Positions 1 through 8,533 of a stretch of 64,000 nt of DNA are shown piece by piece. Below the pieces are notes generated by a model. That model searched no databases and was not told where the DNA came from. It worked only from the letters and a program-made list of their open reading frames with translations. Numbering within the stretch: the first letter of the stretch is position 1; each line of letters opens with the position of its first letter. The DNA is taken from contig JAHJCT010000017.1 of the NCBI GenBank assembly GCA_018812715.1, positions 204,019-268,018 on the forward strand, given 5' to 3'. Source of the stretch: Candidatus Micrarchaeota archaeon (GTDB lineage Archaea; Micrarchaeota; Micrarchaeia; Anstonellales; Bilamarchaeaceae). Made by a program: the position numbers and the translations under genes.

Positions 1-3000
1 CTGTTGATTCTTCTGGTTCATTTTCTCCTACCCAGCCTTCTAGTCTGCCATACATGTAATTGGCTGCAATCAACCATCCGGCATTTCTTGCCTGATCTTC
101 ATTCCAACCATAAAGATCGACGAACATTGTTGTCATATTCTGATACATTTCATCTGCTTCCTGCTCTACTACTCTGTATTCCCGAAGAAGATCGACTTCA
201 TTATATGCAACTGTTACTCCATACCCATATGTTTCATGTTCACTTGTTGGTACCTCATGCCTCCATCGTCCTCCTATTGTTGCCGGATAACCACCAATAA
301 GTCTTGCTTCCCATGAATGTGATAATGGATCTACGCGCATGCGCCTCCACATAAGTTCTCCGCTTCCATGTGCCCAATGAGTGTCCGTTACTCTTGCGGG
401 ATTTTCAGGATCTAATTCAACTGTCTGGGCTCCGCGATAGAATGCTGCATAAACATCTCTTTGTCTTCCACTTTGTAACAAGTTTGTCACTGCCATGCCA
501 GTTGCTTCTTCTATGTGTACAGGATCCATTGTACTTAGGTTTCTTACAAGCTCTCCAAAGAGAAGTGCTGAAACTGTATCTCCGTCATCTCCAGTTGGTA
601 TGGTAAATCCAACAGCAGCACCATCAAATCCAGCTGCTGCCGAATCTTCTGTGAGCATTTCACTTCCAACAAATCTTAATGAAGCAAGTATATTCTGCGT
701 ATTTACTCCCCCATAAAGGTAATTCATCAACTCTGCTTCTGTATTACGTCCAAATGCAAGCTGGTAAACATCTCCCTCTCCTGTTATGAAAAACAATCTG
801 CTTCTTATTTCTCCTTGTTCTTCCTGCAGTCTGTCTCTTGTTTGGTTTTCAATATCTTCCATTGTTATTCCATAACCTTCCAAAAGTGCATCTAATTCTT
901 CTTGTGCTGCTTCTCTGTCTTCTTCAGTTTCTCCATTTCTTGAAGTATCCAGAAGCGTATTTATATGCGAATAATTAACATCTTCAGGATTTTCGACCCC
1001 CATATCTGTTATATCATCTGATGTTAATCTCCATGTGGGAGGACCAAGAAGTTCTGGCACATAGGTACCTGCAACAAAGAAAAGCATATCTGTTCCGGAT
1101 TCTCTTGCTATCCTTTGGTATGACTCAAGCAGTCCATCTGTCCTCACAGCAGTTGTTACTTCCTCTCCTTCTACCATGCCTGTTGAACTTTCATAAGTAA
1201 ATTCTTCTCGTGCCCTGTGGATTCCTACTCCTTCTCCTCTTCTAAACGTATCAACAGGAACAAGTTGAAGTAAAGGAAGCGGGACTGGTCCAGTTAATGG
1301 ACTTGGAACACCTACTGCTTCTCCAGTATAATCGACCCTATGGCCACCAGTAACACTTTCTTCAGCTTCGGTTCTTTCTCCAGTATATTGCAGCTCCCAT
1401 CTTTCTCCGCCAGTGATGCCCCGTAATTGTCCTTCACCAAGAGCAGCACCACGTTCTGTAACACTTCCTTCTTCTCCTTCTACTGAGTAGTACATTCCTC
1501 CTTCGGCATTGCCACTTAACCAATAATCCTGATAATTCACTGGCATAGCTCCAAAGAGCTGGGTAATTCTTCTTATGATTGTAGATGAACCAAGTGCACC
1601 AATTCTATATCGTGCTGGCACGCCCATTCTGAACATTCTGTCGGTTGGAGGGCGTACTTGATCATACATGTTTGAGAATAATCCCATTGCACCTGAATCA
1701 AGTACATTCAATCCTAACATTGGTCCATTTGGCATTGTCACGCGTGGAAGCAAACTGAGTGGCTGTCCACTTTGTCCATAAAGTGTTGGCAATTGTTCTT
1801 CATCATATTGCCACCAGCCTGGTCTTTGTCTGTATAAAAATGGGCTAATGAAACCCTCATCAGTCATTGGCTCCGGAACCATACGCATTTCATCTTCTAA
1901 TCTATGATGATCAAATGTACTTGTAATTTCTGGAAGTTGTTCTCCAATTCGTCTAAATACTCCAAGGAAGTATTCTCTGTTTATTGCATTACTATACATC
2001 AGATATCTTTGACCTTCAGCATATCTTTGTGTAAACATTTGCCTGAATGCCGTCATTCCTGCAATCAGCGTCCGCTCATCCTGAGCAACTTCTAATAATG
2101 CTGGAAGAACATACAATAAATATGGGCCAACGAGATAAGGATCCCTGTGTGATATCACTAAAAGCGTGTTCATTAATTCTGTGGCTGCAGCTCTTTGGAA
2201 GGCTGATCCACTTCCAGAAATGCCCTCAAGAGCTATGCCCATATATACTGCATCTAATATTGTAAGTTCATTGCGTAATTGTTGAACATTCTCATCTGTA
2301 AATTCTCCTGTTTCAGGACTAAAACCAGTTTCATTTCTTTGTAATAGGTATTCAGTTTCCATACCTTCATAGAACGTTCTTCCGGCCCTTATCAATTGTC
2401 TTCCAGCATCTGTTTGGAAAAATCTGGCCAGTTCTTCTGGTGTAACCTCATCTTGTAAATAGTCTGGTATATCGATGTGATACTGCTGTCCAATGCGTGT
2501 AAGATTTTCTCTGAAAAGTTCAAGATTGAAATATTGATTGAAAAGATAGTTATTCTCTCCAAATTCTTGTCTGTATATGTTTACAGCCTGTTCAAAATTG
2601 GTTCCAAATTCATCACTGGGATTAGAGAATAGCAATGCATTTCTTAATCTTGCATATACGCCGGGCAATGTTCTTGCTACGTGGTCATAATTCTCCATAA
2701 AGTTTGCCCTTGTTGCCCCGGGACCCTCTTCAAATGCACTATAAAGTCTTTCCAGAGTTTCTTCAGGAATATTTTCAAGCTCACTTACTCTAGCGCTTGG
2801 TCTTTCCAAAAATCTCAATGCATTCATATTTTCATGTACAAGTGTTACAAGGTCCTCTCCATAAGCAACATTAAGCATCTGTATTCTTTCTTGGAATCTT
2901 TCATATTCTCTTGTTCCTTCTGCTGGTTCATTCAACCACACCGCATATATTGCTCCGAGTGCATAAAACAACTCTTCTCCTTGATTAAGATATGTTCTTG

Positions 3001-6000
3001 TCAAGACATCAATTGTTCTTGAATATGCAGATGAATATGCTGCCATAAGTTCTCCTCTTACATCTTCTGGCAGTTCCCTTACTTGATCTAGACCAACTTC
3101 TGATTCCAATAATGGTGCAAGATGTTCTCGTTGTGCTTCAACTGCAACTACGAACTCTTCTCCAAACAATTCAACCATTCTTGCCCTGTTTTCTTCTCCT
3201 TGTGGATTTACTAACGCACGGTGGCATCTGATTAAAATACTTGCAAAAAGAACATTTTCTCCTTGTCTTAAATCTTCTCTGGTTGTACCTGGGCTTTCTA
3301 AGAATTGTAAATGTGGCGCATGTGCTTCAACAAGCAATACGAATTCCTCTCCATAATTTCTGACCAAGTCTCTTCTGTTGCTTTCTTCCAAACCAGCATA
3401 TGTTCTTGTAAGTGCATTAAAGAATCCTCTTTCATTCATGCTTCCAACAAACTCGTATAGTTCAGGATCTGCCCCATGCAAAACACTTGCAACAATCTCT
3501 TCTACGACTGCCTGTTTTTCAGGTGTAAGACTTCCAAACCAATCTAACAATTCTCTTAACTCCTGACTGTCAACATCTACACTTACAGTTCCAATCGCTC
3601 CGGTTACCCTTGTTAAATCCCCACCAGTTTGCGCTACATGTATCAAGGAGTATGCCATTTCAACTGATCTGCGAAGTTCTTGCGGATTTAACATTGAGTC
3701 AGACAATGTTCTTTGCTCTTGCTCCAATCTCTCAAGTGATTCTGCATCGGATGTAAGTCTGGATCTTCTTACTATTTCTCTGTTTTGTATCTCCCACCTT
3801 CTTATACGCTCCAATAAAAGTGCCCTTGCTGGTTCAAGAACAGAATATTGCAATTGTCTTCTAATATCCCCAATGTCATTTGCAATAGTGTGGCTGCGTG
3901 ATTCTATTGCCCTACTCCCCTCGCCTTCGATAACTACTGTAGGTGCAGTTACCACTTCTCTTGATACCACTGGCCTTACAAATAATGTTCCAAGTGCATC
4001 TCTTGCATCGACAAGAGCAACTCCTCCTCTGTTAATCGATTGTCTTGCCCTAGCTAATGCTGCCACCAATTGTACTGGGCCATATGAGTAAATTCTTCCT
4101 GCCCTCAATTCTCTTGTAGTTTCATCAGTCCTTTCTTGCAAAGCTGTTTCTATGCTCTGGACATCCCCAGAGAGCCATTCTAATTCAGCGCGATTTGTTT
4201 CAACAAAACCAACAAGTTCTTCCCCATATCGACTAACAAGCCTGCTTCTGTCTGTGCTATTTTCGTAAATATCATGCAGTGCAATTGCAAATGTCCCATA
4301 GGTATATCCAATGTTTTGCTGTATTTGTGTAACAACAGCGTCTTCACTTCTTGTGCGCATACCTTCTTCTATTTGTTCTATTGGAAGTACTAACCAATGA
4401 AGATTTTCTATATTTGTTTCAACAAAATTAACAAACTCTTCCCCATATCTGCTAACTAGTTCTGCCCTTCTTTCCCTCATTGTTTGTACTTCACTATATG
4501 CTTGCGTGAGGACAGTGCCAGCATTATTACCATATCTGCTTATCAGAGCAGTTGCGAGCGGATCTGCTTCTTCTCCTCTGCGGGTTCTTGTTCTTCTTTC
4601 AAGTTCTCCTTGGGCATCAGCAGGACTCATGTCAGCAACCCATGAAAGCTGATCAAAATTTTCTTCAACTGTTTGCATTTCTTGAACAACGTTATGCCCT
4701 ATTGTTCCTTCTTGCACTAATCTTGCATTTCCTCTTATTCTCTCCTCACGCAAGGCACTATAAACTTCTATTAATGCAGCTCCCCTATTTTCAACATCTA
4801 TTTCCAGAAGTTGAAGTGCTAGTGTATCCTCAAACCCAACTCTTCTACTCAGTTCTCTTTCGGCTTGCGTTCCATCTCTCATTAACCAGTCAATTCTGCT
4901 ATTTTGTATTATTACATTGACAAGCTCAGGTCCATAGTCAGTTCTTAATCTGTCAAGATCTGGAGTTTCTCTTGCCAGTTCAGTATAAATATCTCTTATT
5001 GCAATCGGGAGAATGTTTCTGCCAAATCCTCTTATGATCGCTGCTAATGTTTCATCATTATTTAGTTCAGCCCTATATAATGCTTGGAATTCATTCCAGA
5101 ATGTCTCATTCTCCTCTATTGGTCTACCAAGGAATCTTCCATTGAGTATTCCTCTAAATTCATTGCTTGCCTGCTGACTTCCAGTTGCAATAACCTCATT
5201 CATTAATCTGATTGCATGTCCTGCTTGTCCTCTTGCAACAATGTCAAGTAATGGTCCAATTACCTGCTCGTTCATCTGCGTTATTTCTGTATCGCTAACA
5301 TCTCTCCTTAGTACATCGCGCATAAAGCGTTGAACATGCGCATCTACATCCTGTCTTGTACCAGTTATGGCAAGATTATATACTTCTCGAACTAGTGTTG
5401 CAAATTCGCCGGGCTCTATCCCACTCATAATTCTGTTATAATTCTGTGTTATACTTGCTAAACCAGATGCTGTATCATTGTATATTCTTTCACGAAACTG
5501 TTCTGTAAATGCATCTGTAAATTCATCACTTGTATTTGCATTCCATATTCTTACAAATTCATCTCTACTTGTTTGATCGCCAGTAAGTATGAAATTCCTA
5601 AGATGATCTATTGCTATTCTTGCCTGTTCTGCTGGCATGCTTGTTATAACTAATTGTGTAAGATTCTCTCCATATCGTGCAGAAAGTTCTTCTACTGCCG
5701 CTCTTTGCAATTCTTTTCTTACAGCATTATCAATGGTATATCCTTCTTCCATCAATGCTCTTACTCTTCCGACATCAGTATCTGCCCTTACTGCTGTGCT
5801 GGTTTCTACTCTTTCCCTTAATTCATCTACTGCATCATTATTAGGAATACTTCTTGCCAATCCAGCTCTTATATTATACAACGTATCGATGAAGTCAACC
5901 ATAACAACAGGTTCTAATGGCCTTCTATCCTCTCTATAAGCCTCTAAAAGAGCACTCACTTGCGGATCTTCTCTAACCCGTTCCATTTCTTCAGAAAAGT

Positions 6001-6349
6001 GAGCCATAAAAGTAGCATTTTCATTTAATGGAGCTCCTCTGAAATCTTCATTATATATTCTCCAAAACAAGTCTCGTTGTGATTCGTTTCCAGTGATTAC
6101 ATAATTCCTATAAGCGTCAGCAGCTTCAGTGCCTCTTTGCTGAAGATACGTGACGTCCTCTGCTTCAATACGTCCCTGTTCTGCCATAGCTTCATTACCC
6201 CCGAAGTAGTTTATATTGGTAACGGTACCTACGCCAATGCTTGCAGAGAGAAAATACTTCATCCATCTCGAACGCTTTACCCGATCAAGAATGCCTTCAC
6301 GGCGAATCGTCTCTCGCTGTTCGCTATAACAAAGTTTTGCTCCTGCCAT
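1..6349 (-). CDS. giant protein A, partial (>2116 aa; continues beyond window start), unknown function
   Basis: ATG at 6349 with an in-frame stop just upstream (6353-6355). The track shows no complete minus-strand ORF between 1 and 6421, consistent with one frame running off the edge. I hand-translated both ends: N-term MAGAKLCYSEQRETIRREGILDRVKRSRWMKYFLSASIGVGTVTNINYF, window end ...LYGWNEDQARNAGWLIAANYMYGRLEGWVGENEPEEST. At least 8 in-frame copies of an RYGEEFV-type motif. Confidence 0.8.
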   Translation of the reverse strand, partial: MAGAKLCYSEQRETIRREGILDRVKRSRWMKYFLSASIGVGTVTNINYFGGNEAMAEQGRIEAEDVTYLQQRGTEAADAYRNYVITGNESQRDLFWRIYNEDFRGAPLNENATFMAHFSEEMERVREDPQVSALLEAYREDRRPLEPVVMVDFIDTLYNIRAGLARSIPNNDAVDELRERVETSTAVRADTDVGRVRALMEEGYTIDNAVRKELQRAAVEELSARYGENLTQLVITSMPAEQARIAIDHLRNFILTGDQTSRDEFVRIWNANTSDEFTDAFTEQFRERIYNDTASGLASITQNYNRIMSGIEPGEFATLVREVYNLAITGTRQDVDAHVQRFMRDVLRRDVSDTEITQMNEQVIGPLLDIVARGQAGHAIRLMNEVIATGSQQASNEFRGILNGRFLGRPIEENETFWNEFQALYRAELNNDETLAAIIRGFGRNILPIAIRDIYTELARETPDLDRLRTDYGPELVNVIIQNSRIDWLMRDGTQAERELSRRVGFEDTLALQLLEIDVENRGAALIEVYSALREERIRGNARLVQEGTIGHNVVQEMQTVEENFDQLSWVADMSPADAQGELERRTRTRRGEEADPLATALISRYGNNAGTVLTQAYSEVQTMRERRAELVSRYGEEFVNFVETNIENLHWLVLPIEQIEEGMRTRSEDAVVTQIQQNIGYTYGTFAIALHDIYENSTDRSRLVSRYGEELVGFVETNRAELEWLSGDVQSIETALQERTDETTRELRAGRIYSYGPVQLVAALARARQSINRGGVALVDARDALGTLFVRPVVSREVVTAPTVVIEGEGSRAIESRSHTIANDIGDIRRQLQYSVLEPARALLLERIRRWEIQNREIVRRSRLTSDAESLERLEQEQRTLSDSMLNPQELRRSVEMAYSLIHVAQTGGDLTRVTGAIGTVSVDVDSQELRELLDWFGSLTPEKQAVVEEIVASVLHGADPELYEFVGSMNERGFFNALTRTYAGLEESNRRDLVRNYGEEFVLLVEAHAPHLQFLESPGTTREDLRQGENVLFASILIRCHRALVNPQGEENRARMVELFGEEFVVAVEAQREHLAPLLESEVGLDQVRELPEDVRGELMAAYSSAYSRTIDVLTRTYLNQGEELFYALGAIYAVWLNEPAEGTREYERFQERIQMLNVAYGEDLVTLVHENMNALRFLERPSARVSELENIPEETLERLYSAFEEGPGATRANFMENYDHVARTLPGVYARLRNALLFSNPSDEFGTNFEQAVNIYRQEFGENNYLFNQYFNLELFRENLTRIGQQYHIDIPDYLQDEVTPEELARFFQTDAGRQLIRAGRTFYEGMETEYLLQRNETGFSPETGEFTDENVQQLRNELTILDAVYMGIALEGISGSGSAFQRAAATELMNTLLVISHRDPYLVGPYLLYVLPALLEVAQDERTLIAGMTAFRQMFTQRYAEGQRYLMYSNAINREYFLGVFRRIGEQLPEITSTFDHHRLEDEMRMVPEPMTDEGFISPFLYRQRPGWWQYDEEQLPTLYGQSGQPLSLLPRVTMPNGPMLGLNVLDSGAMGLFSNMYDQVRPPTDRMFRMGVPARYRIGALGSSTIIRRITQLFGAMPVNYQDYWLSGNAEGGMYYSVEGEEGSVTERGAALGEGQLRGITGGERWELQYTGERTEAEESVTGGHRVDYTGEAVGVPSPLTGPVPLPLLQLVPVDTFRRGEGVGIHRAREEFTYESSTGMVEGEEVTTAVRTDGLLESYQRIARESGTDMLFFVAGTYVPELLGPPTWRLTSDDITDMGVENPEDVNYSHINTLLDTSRNGETEEDREAAQEELDALLEGYGITMEDIENQTRDRLQEEQGEIRSRLFFITGEGDVYQLAFGRNTEAELMNYLYGGVNTQNILASLRFVGSEMLTEDSAAAGFDGAAVGFTIPTGDDGDTVSALLFGELVRNLSTMDPVHIEEATGMAVTNLLQSGRQRDVYAAFYRGAQTVELDPENPARVTDTHWAHGSGELMWRRMRVDPLSHSWEARLIGGYPATIGGRWRHEVPTSEHETYGYGVTVAYNEVDLLREYRVVEQEADEMYQNMTTMFVDLYGWNEDQARNAGWLIAANYMYGRLEGWVGENEPEEST

Positions 6350-6421
6350 TGACTAACTACCTTTGTATTTATTGTGTTAAGAAAGCTTAAAAAGAGGTGT
6401 CACAATAAGGATTTTCAGGGA

Positions 6422-6688
6422 TTATCCTACCCCCAAAAATTTCTCATATTCTTTGTGGTCGCCAATAAAATAAAATTTCCGAGTTTTTATTCTTTCTTCT
6501 GAAACAAAAAGCACACGATATTGCCCGATCTCATCAACAAAGAATTCAAGACCATATTTTTCATGTCTAAAGCCATGCGTAGGGAATATTTTATATTTGT
6601 CTCTACGTTTCATAAATCTCTTTTGGATATCTGGCGGAAGCTTGTCAAAATAATTTTTCCAGGCTTCATCATATTCAAGGATGTACAT
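6422..6688 (-). CDS. RelE/ParE-family type II toxin-like protein
   Basis: 88 aa. The C-terminal pattern GQYRVLFVSEERIKTRKFYFIGDHKEY resembles the RelE/ParE core. It lies 9 nt downstream of a small partner ORF. Confidence 0.55.
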   Translation of the reverse strand: MYILEYDEAWKNYFDKLPPDIQKRFMKRRDKYKIFPTHGFRHEKYGLEFFVDEIGQYRVLFVSEERIKTRKFYFIGDHKEYEKFLGVG

Positions 6689-6697
6689 TTATCTCAT

Positions 6698-6922
6698 CTA
6701 TAAAAGATGTTGATATTTACCTGTAAATTCTTCATCGCCAATTGTTTTCCTTTTTCCTTTTTTTGCTTCTTCATGAAGTTCTTTAAGTACTTTTATTGCC
6801 TTTTTATCTTCAAGTGGCCTTACTCCCAACCTTTCATGAACTTCCTCTTCTAAGTAATTGATAATATCTCTGCATTTAAGTAGTTCTTCATACTCTTGCT
6901 TAGATATTTTGATATACTCCAT
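6698..6922 (-). CDS. putative antitoxin partner (74 aa, charged helical protein)
   Basis: Small ORF immediately upstream of the RelE-like gene on the same strand. No family recognised. Confidence 0.35.
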   Translation of the reverse strand: MEYIKISKQEYEELLKCRDIINYLEEEVHERLGVRPLEDKKAIKVLKELHEEAKKGKRKTIGDEEFTGKYQHLL

Positions 6923-6967
6923 TTTATTTCACAGTTATATTATGATTCAGCTCTTTAAAAATCATTA

Positions 6968-8533
6968 TCATTCTATTTGCAATACTCTTCTGCGCCTTGT
7001 CCCTTCATCTTGTGGTTGCGCTTCTGGCACTGTGACGTTTGGTATGCTCCTTGCCCAATCCCCAACAGTGGAAGTATGGTGATTCATTCTCCACGTATAA
7101 ACAGAAATAGCAGAAAGTGTTCTCATATCTATTATTCCATTAACATGAAGATCTGTTCGTGGAGTTCCTAATATGCTGTTATATAATAAGTTAAGATCTC
7201 CATTGAGGCTGTCAAACCATTCTTCATCTGTTCTAGTTGCTGAGAAATTTATGAATGCCTGCACTGCCCTTGCTACTAATCTTCTATCCGTGTCTGATGT
7301 GGTACTTCTTAAGCGTGTCGCTTCTCTTCCAACAGTTGCATATTCATCATGACTTTGTACAAATGCTAAAAACACCTCATCTTCATGCAGGTAGTCATTG
7401 AATATTCTCATAAAAGCATCATATACATCAGTTCTCTCTAATTCAGTTAATGCACTTTCTAAGGAATCGTATCCTTCCGGAAGAGTGCGCATGAGTGTTA
7501 TTATTGCCTCTGGCCTTCCCTGTTGCACTCCTTGATATAATTCAGTACTAAGATTGGCCCAATGGCTTTCAGCAAATTGTTGCAGTGGGGTTTGTCGTAC
7601 TTCGACTGCTAATACTTCTGTAGCTTGCCATACATCAATACTATCCTGGCTTACACCAGTTCCTGTTTCCAAATACCATCTTCTCAAATATAATGCAGCG
7701 GCTGTAAGTGTATCTGCATCCATTGCTACAGTACGGTATGTTCTGAGACTTTGCTCATTTCCAATTCTTGTATGAATCTCTGGTAATTGATCTATCTCTT
7801 GATGATATCTTGCATAATTTTCACGTGCTGCTTCAAATTCAAGAAGATAATACCGGGTAAAAGCAAGTGCTGTGTTTACCAAATTAGCATCTGCATTTAT
7901 CGCAAGTGTTGGGGGTTCTCCTTGTTCTGTCATATATGCCTGAAGCGCAGCATAATTCCCTCCTTCTCTTCCAGCAACAGATGAAAGGAATAATCTGAAT
8001 CTTGGTATTTGATAAAATTCATTGAAAATTGTAACTGCTGCTCCTCTTCTGTTTTCATCTGTAGAAAGAAATTGCTGAATGCGATCTCTGTTAGTGTGCA
8101 AGGTATTTACAGCATTCAATGCATCTGTGCTTCCTCTTGCTCTTAATTGCATTTGAATCCAATCAGTTGAAATTGTTGGTATTGGAGGTTGTTCTTCTAC
8201 TGTTTCTTCTCTTCTTTCTCGTCTGGGCCTTCTCTCACGCCTTGGTGCAGGTTCTTCTACAGCTGGTTCTTCTACTACAGGCTGAGGGTGCAGTTCTCCA
8301 TAAATACGTGTAGCTATTGCCGCTACATTTAATCCATCAATAGCATCAAAATCCTGATCTGCACATCTTCCGCTTGCCCAGTTTTTAGCGCGTCTCAGTT
8401 CTCCTTGCAGATCTTCAACGCTCATTTGATCGTTTACAGTTACTCCTGTGTTATACCTTCTTGCCTCTCCTTCTCCACCTGTACAAACTATTACTATCGT
8501 ATTATTTCGAAGCGTTACTCTGGCATCAACCAT
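6968..8533 (-). CDS. 521-aa Arg/Glu-rich, Lys-depleted protein of unknown function (giant-gene cluster member)
   Basis: ATG at 8533 shares one base with the TAA of the upstream 2854-aa gene (TAATG). PRRERRPRRERRE linker. Only one Lys by my count. The segment EDEVFLAFVQSHDEY resembles the repeat motif of protein A. Confidence 0.8.
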   Translation of the reverse strand: MVDARVTLRNNTIVIVCTGGEGEARRYNTGVTVNDQMSVEDLQGELRRAKNWASGRCADQDFDAIDGLNVAAIATRIYGELHPQPVVEEPAVEEPAPRRERRPRRERREETVEEQPPIPTISTDWIQMQLRARGSTDALNAVNTLHTNRDRIQQFLSTDENRRGAAVTIFNEFYQIPRFRLFLSSVAGREGGNYAALQAYMTEQGEPPTLAINADANLVNTALAFTRYYLLEFEAARENYARYHQEIDQLPEIHTRIGNEQSLRTYRTVAMDADTLTAAALYLRRWYLETGTGVSQDSIDVWQATEVLAVEVRQTPLQQFAESHWANLSTELYQGVQQGRPEAIITLMRTLPEGYDSLESALTELERTDVYDAFMRIFNDYLHEDEVFLAFVQSHDEYATVGREATRLRSTTSDTDRRLVARAVQAFINFSATRTDEEWFDSLNGDLNLLYNSILGTPRTDLHVNGIIDMRTLSAISVYTWRMNHHTSTVGDWARSIPNVTVPEAQPQDEGTRRRRVLQIE

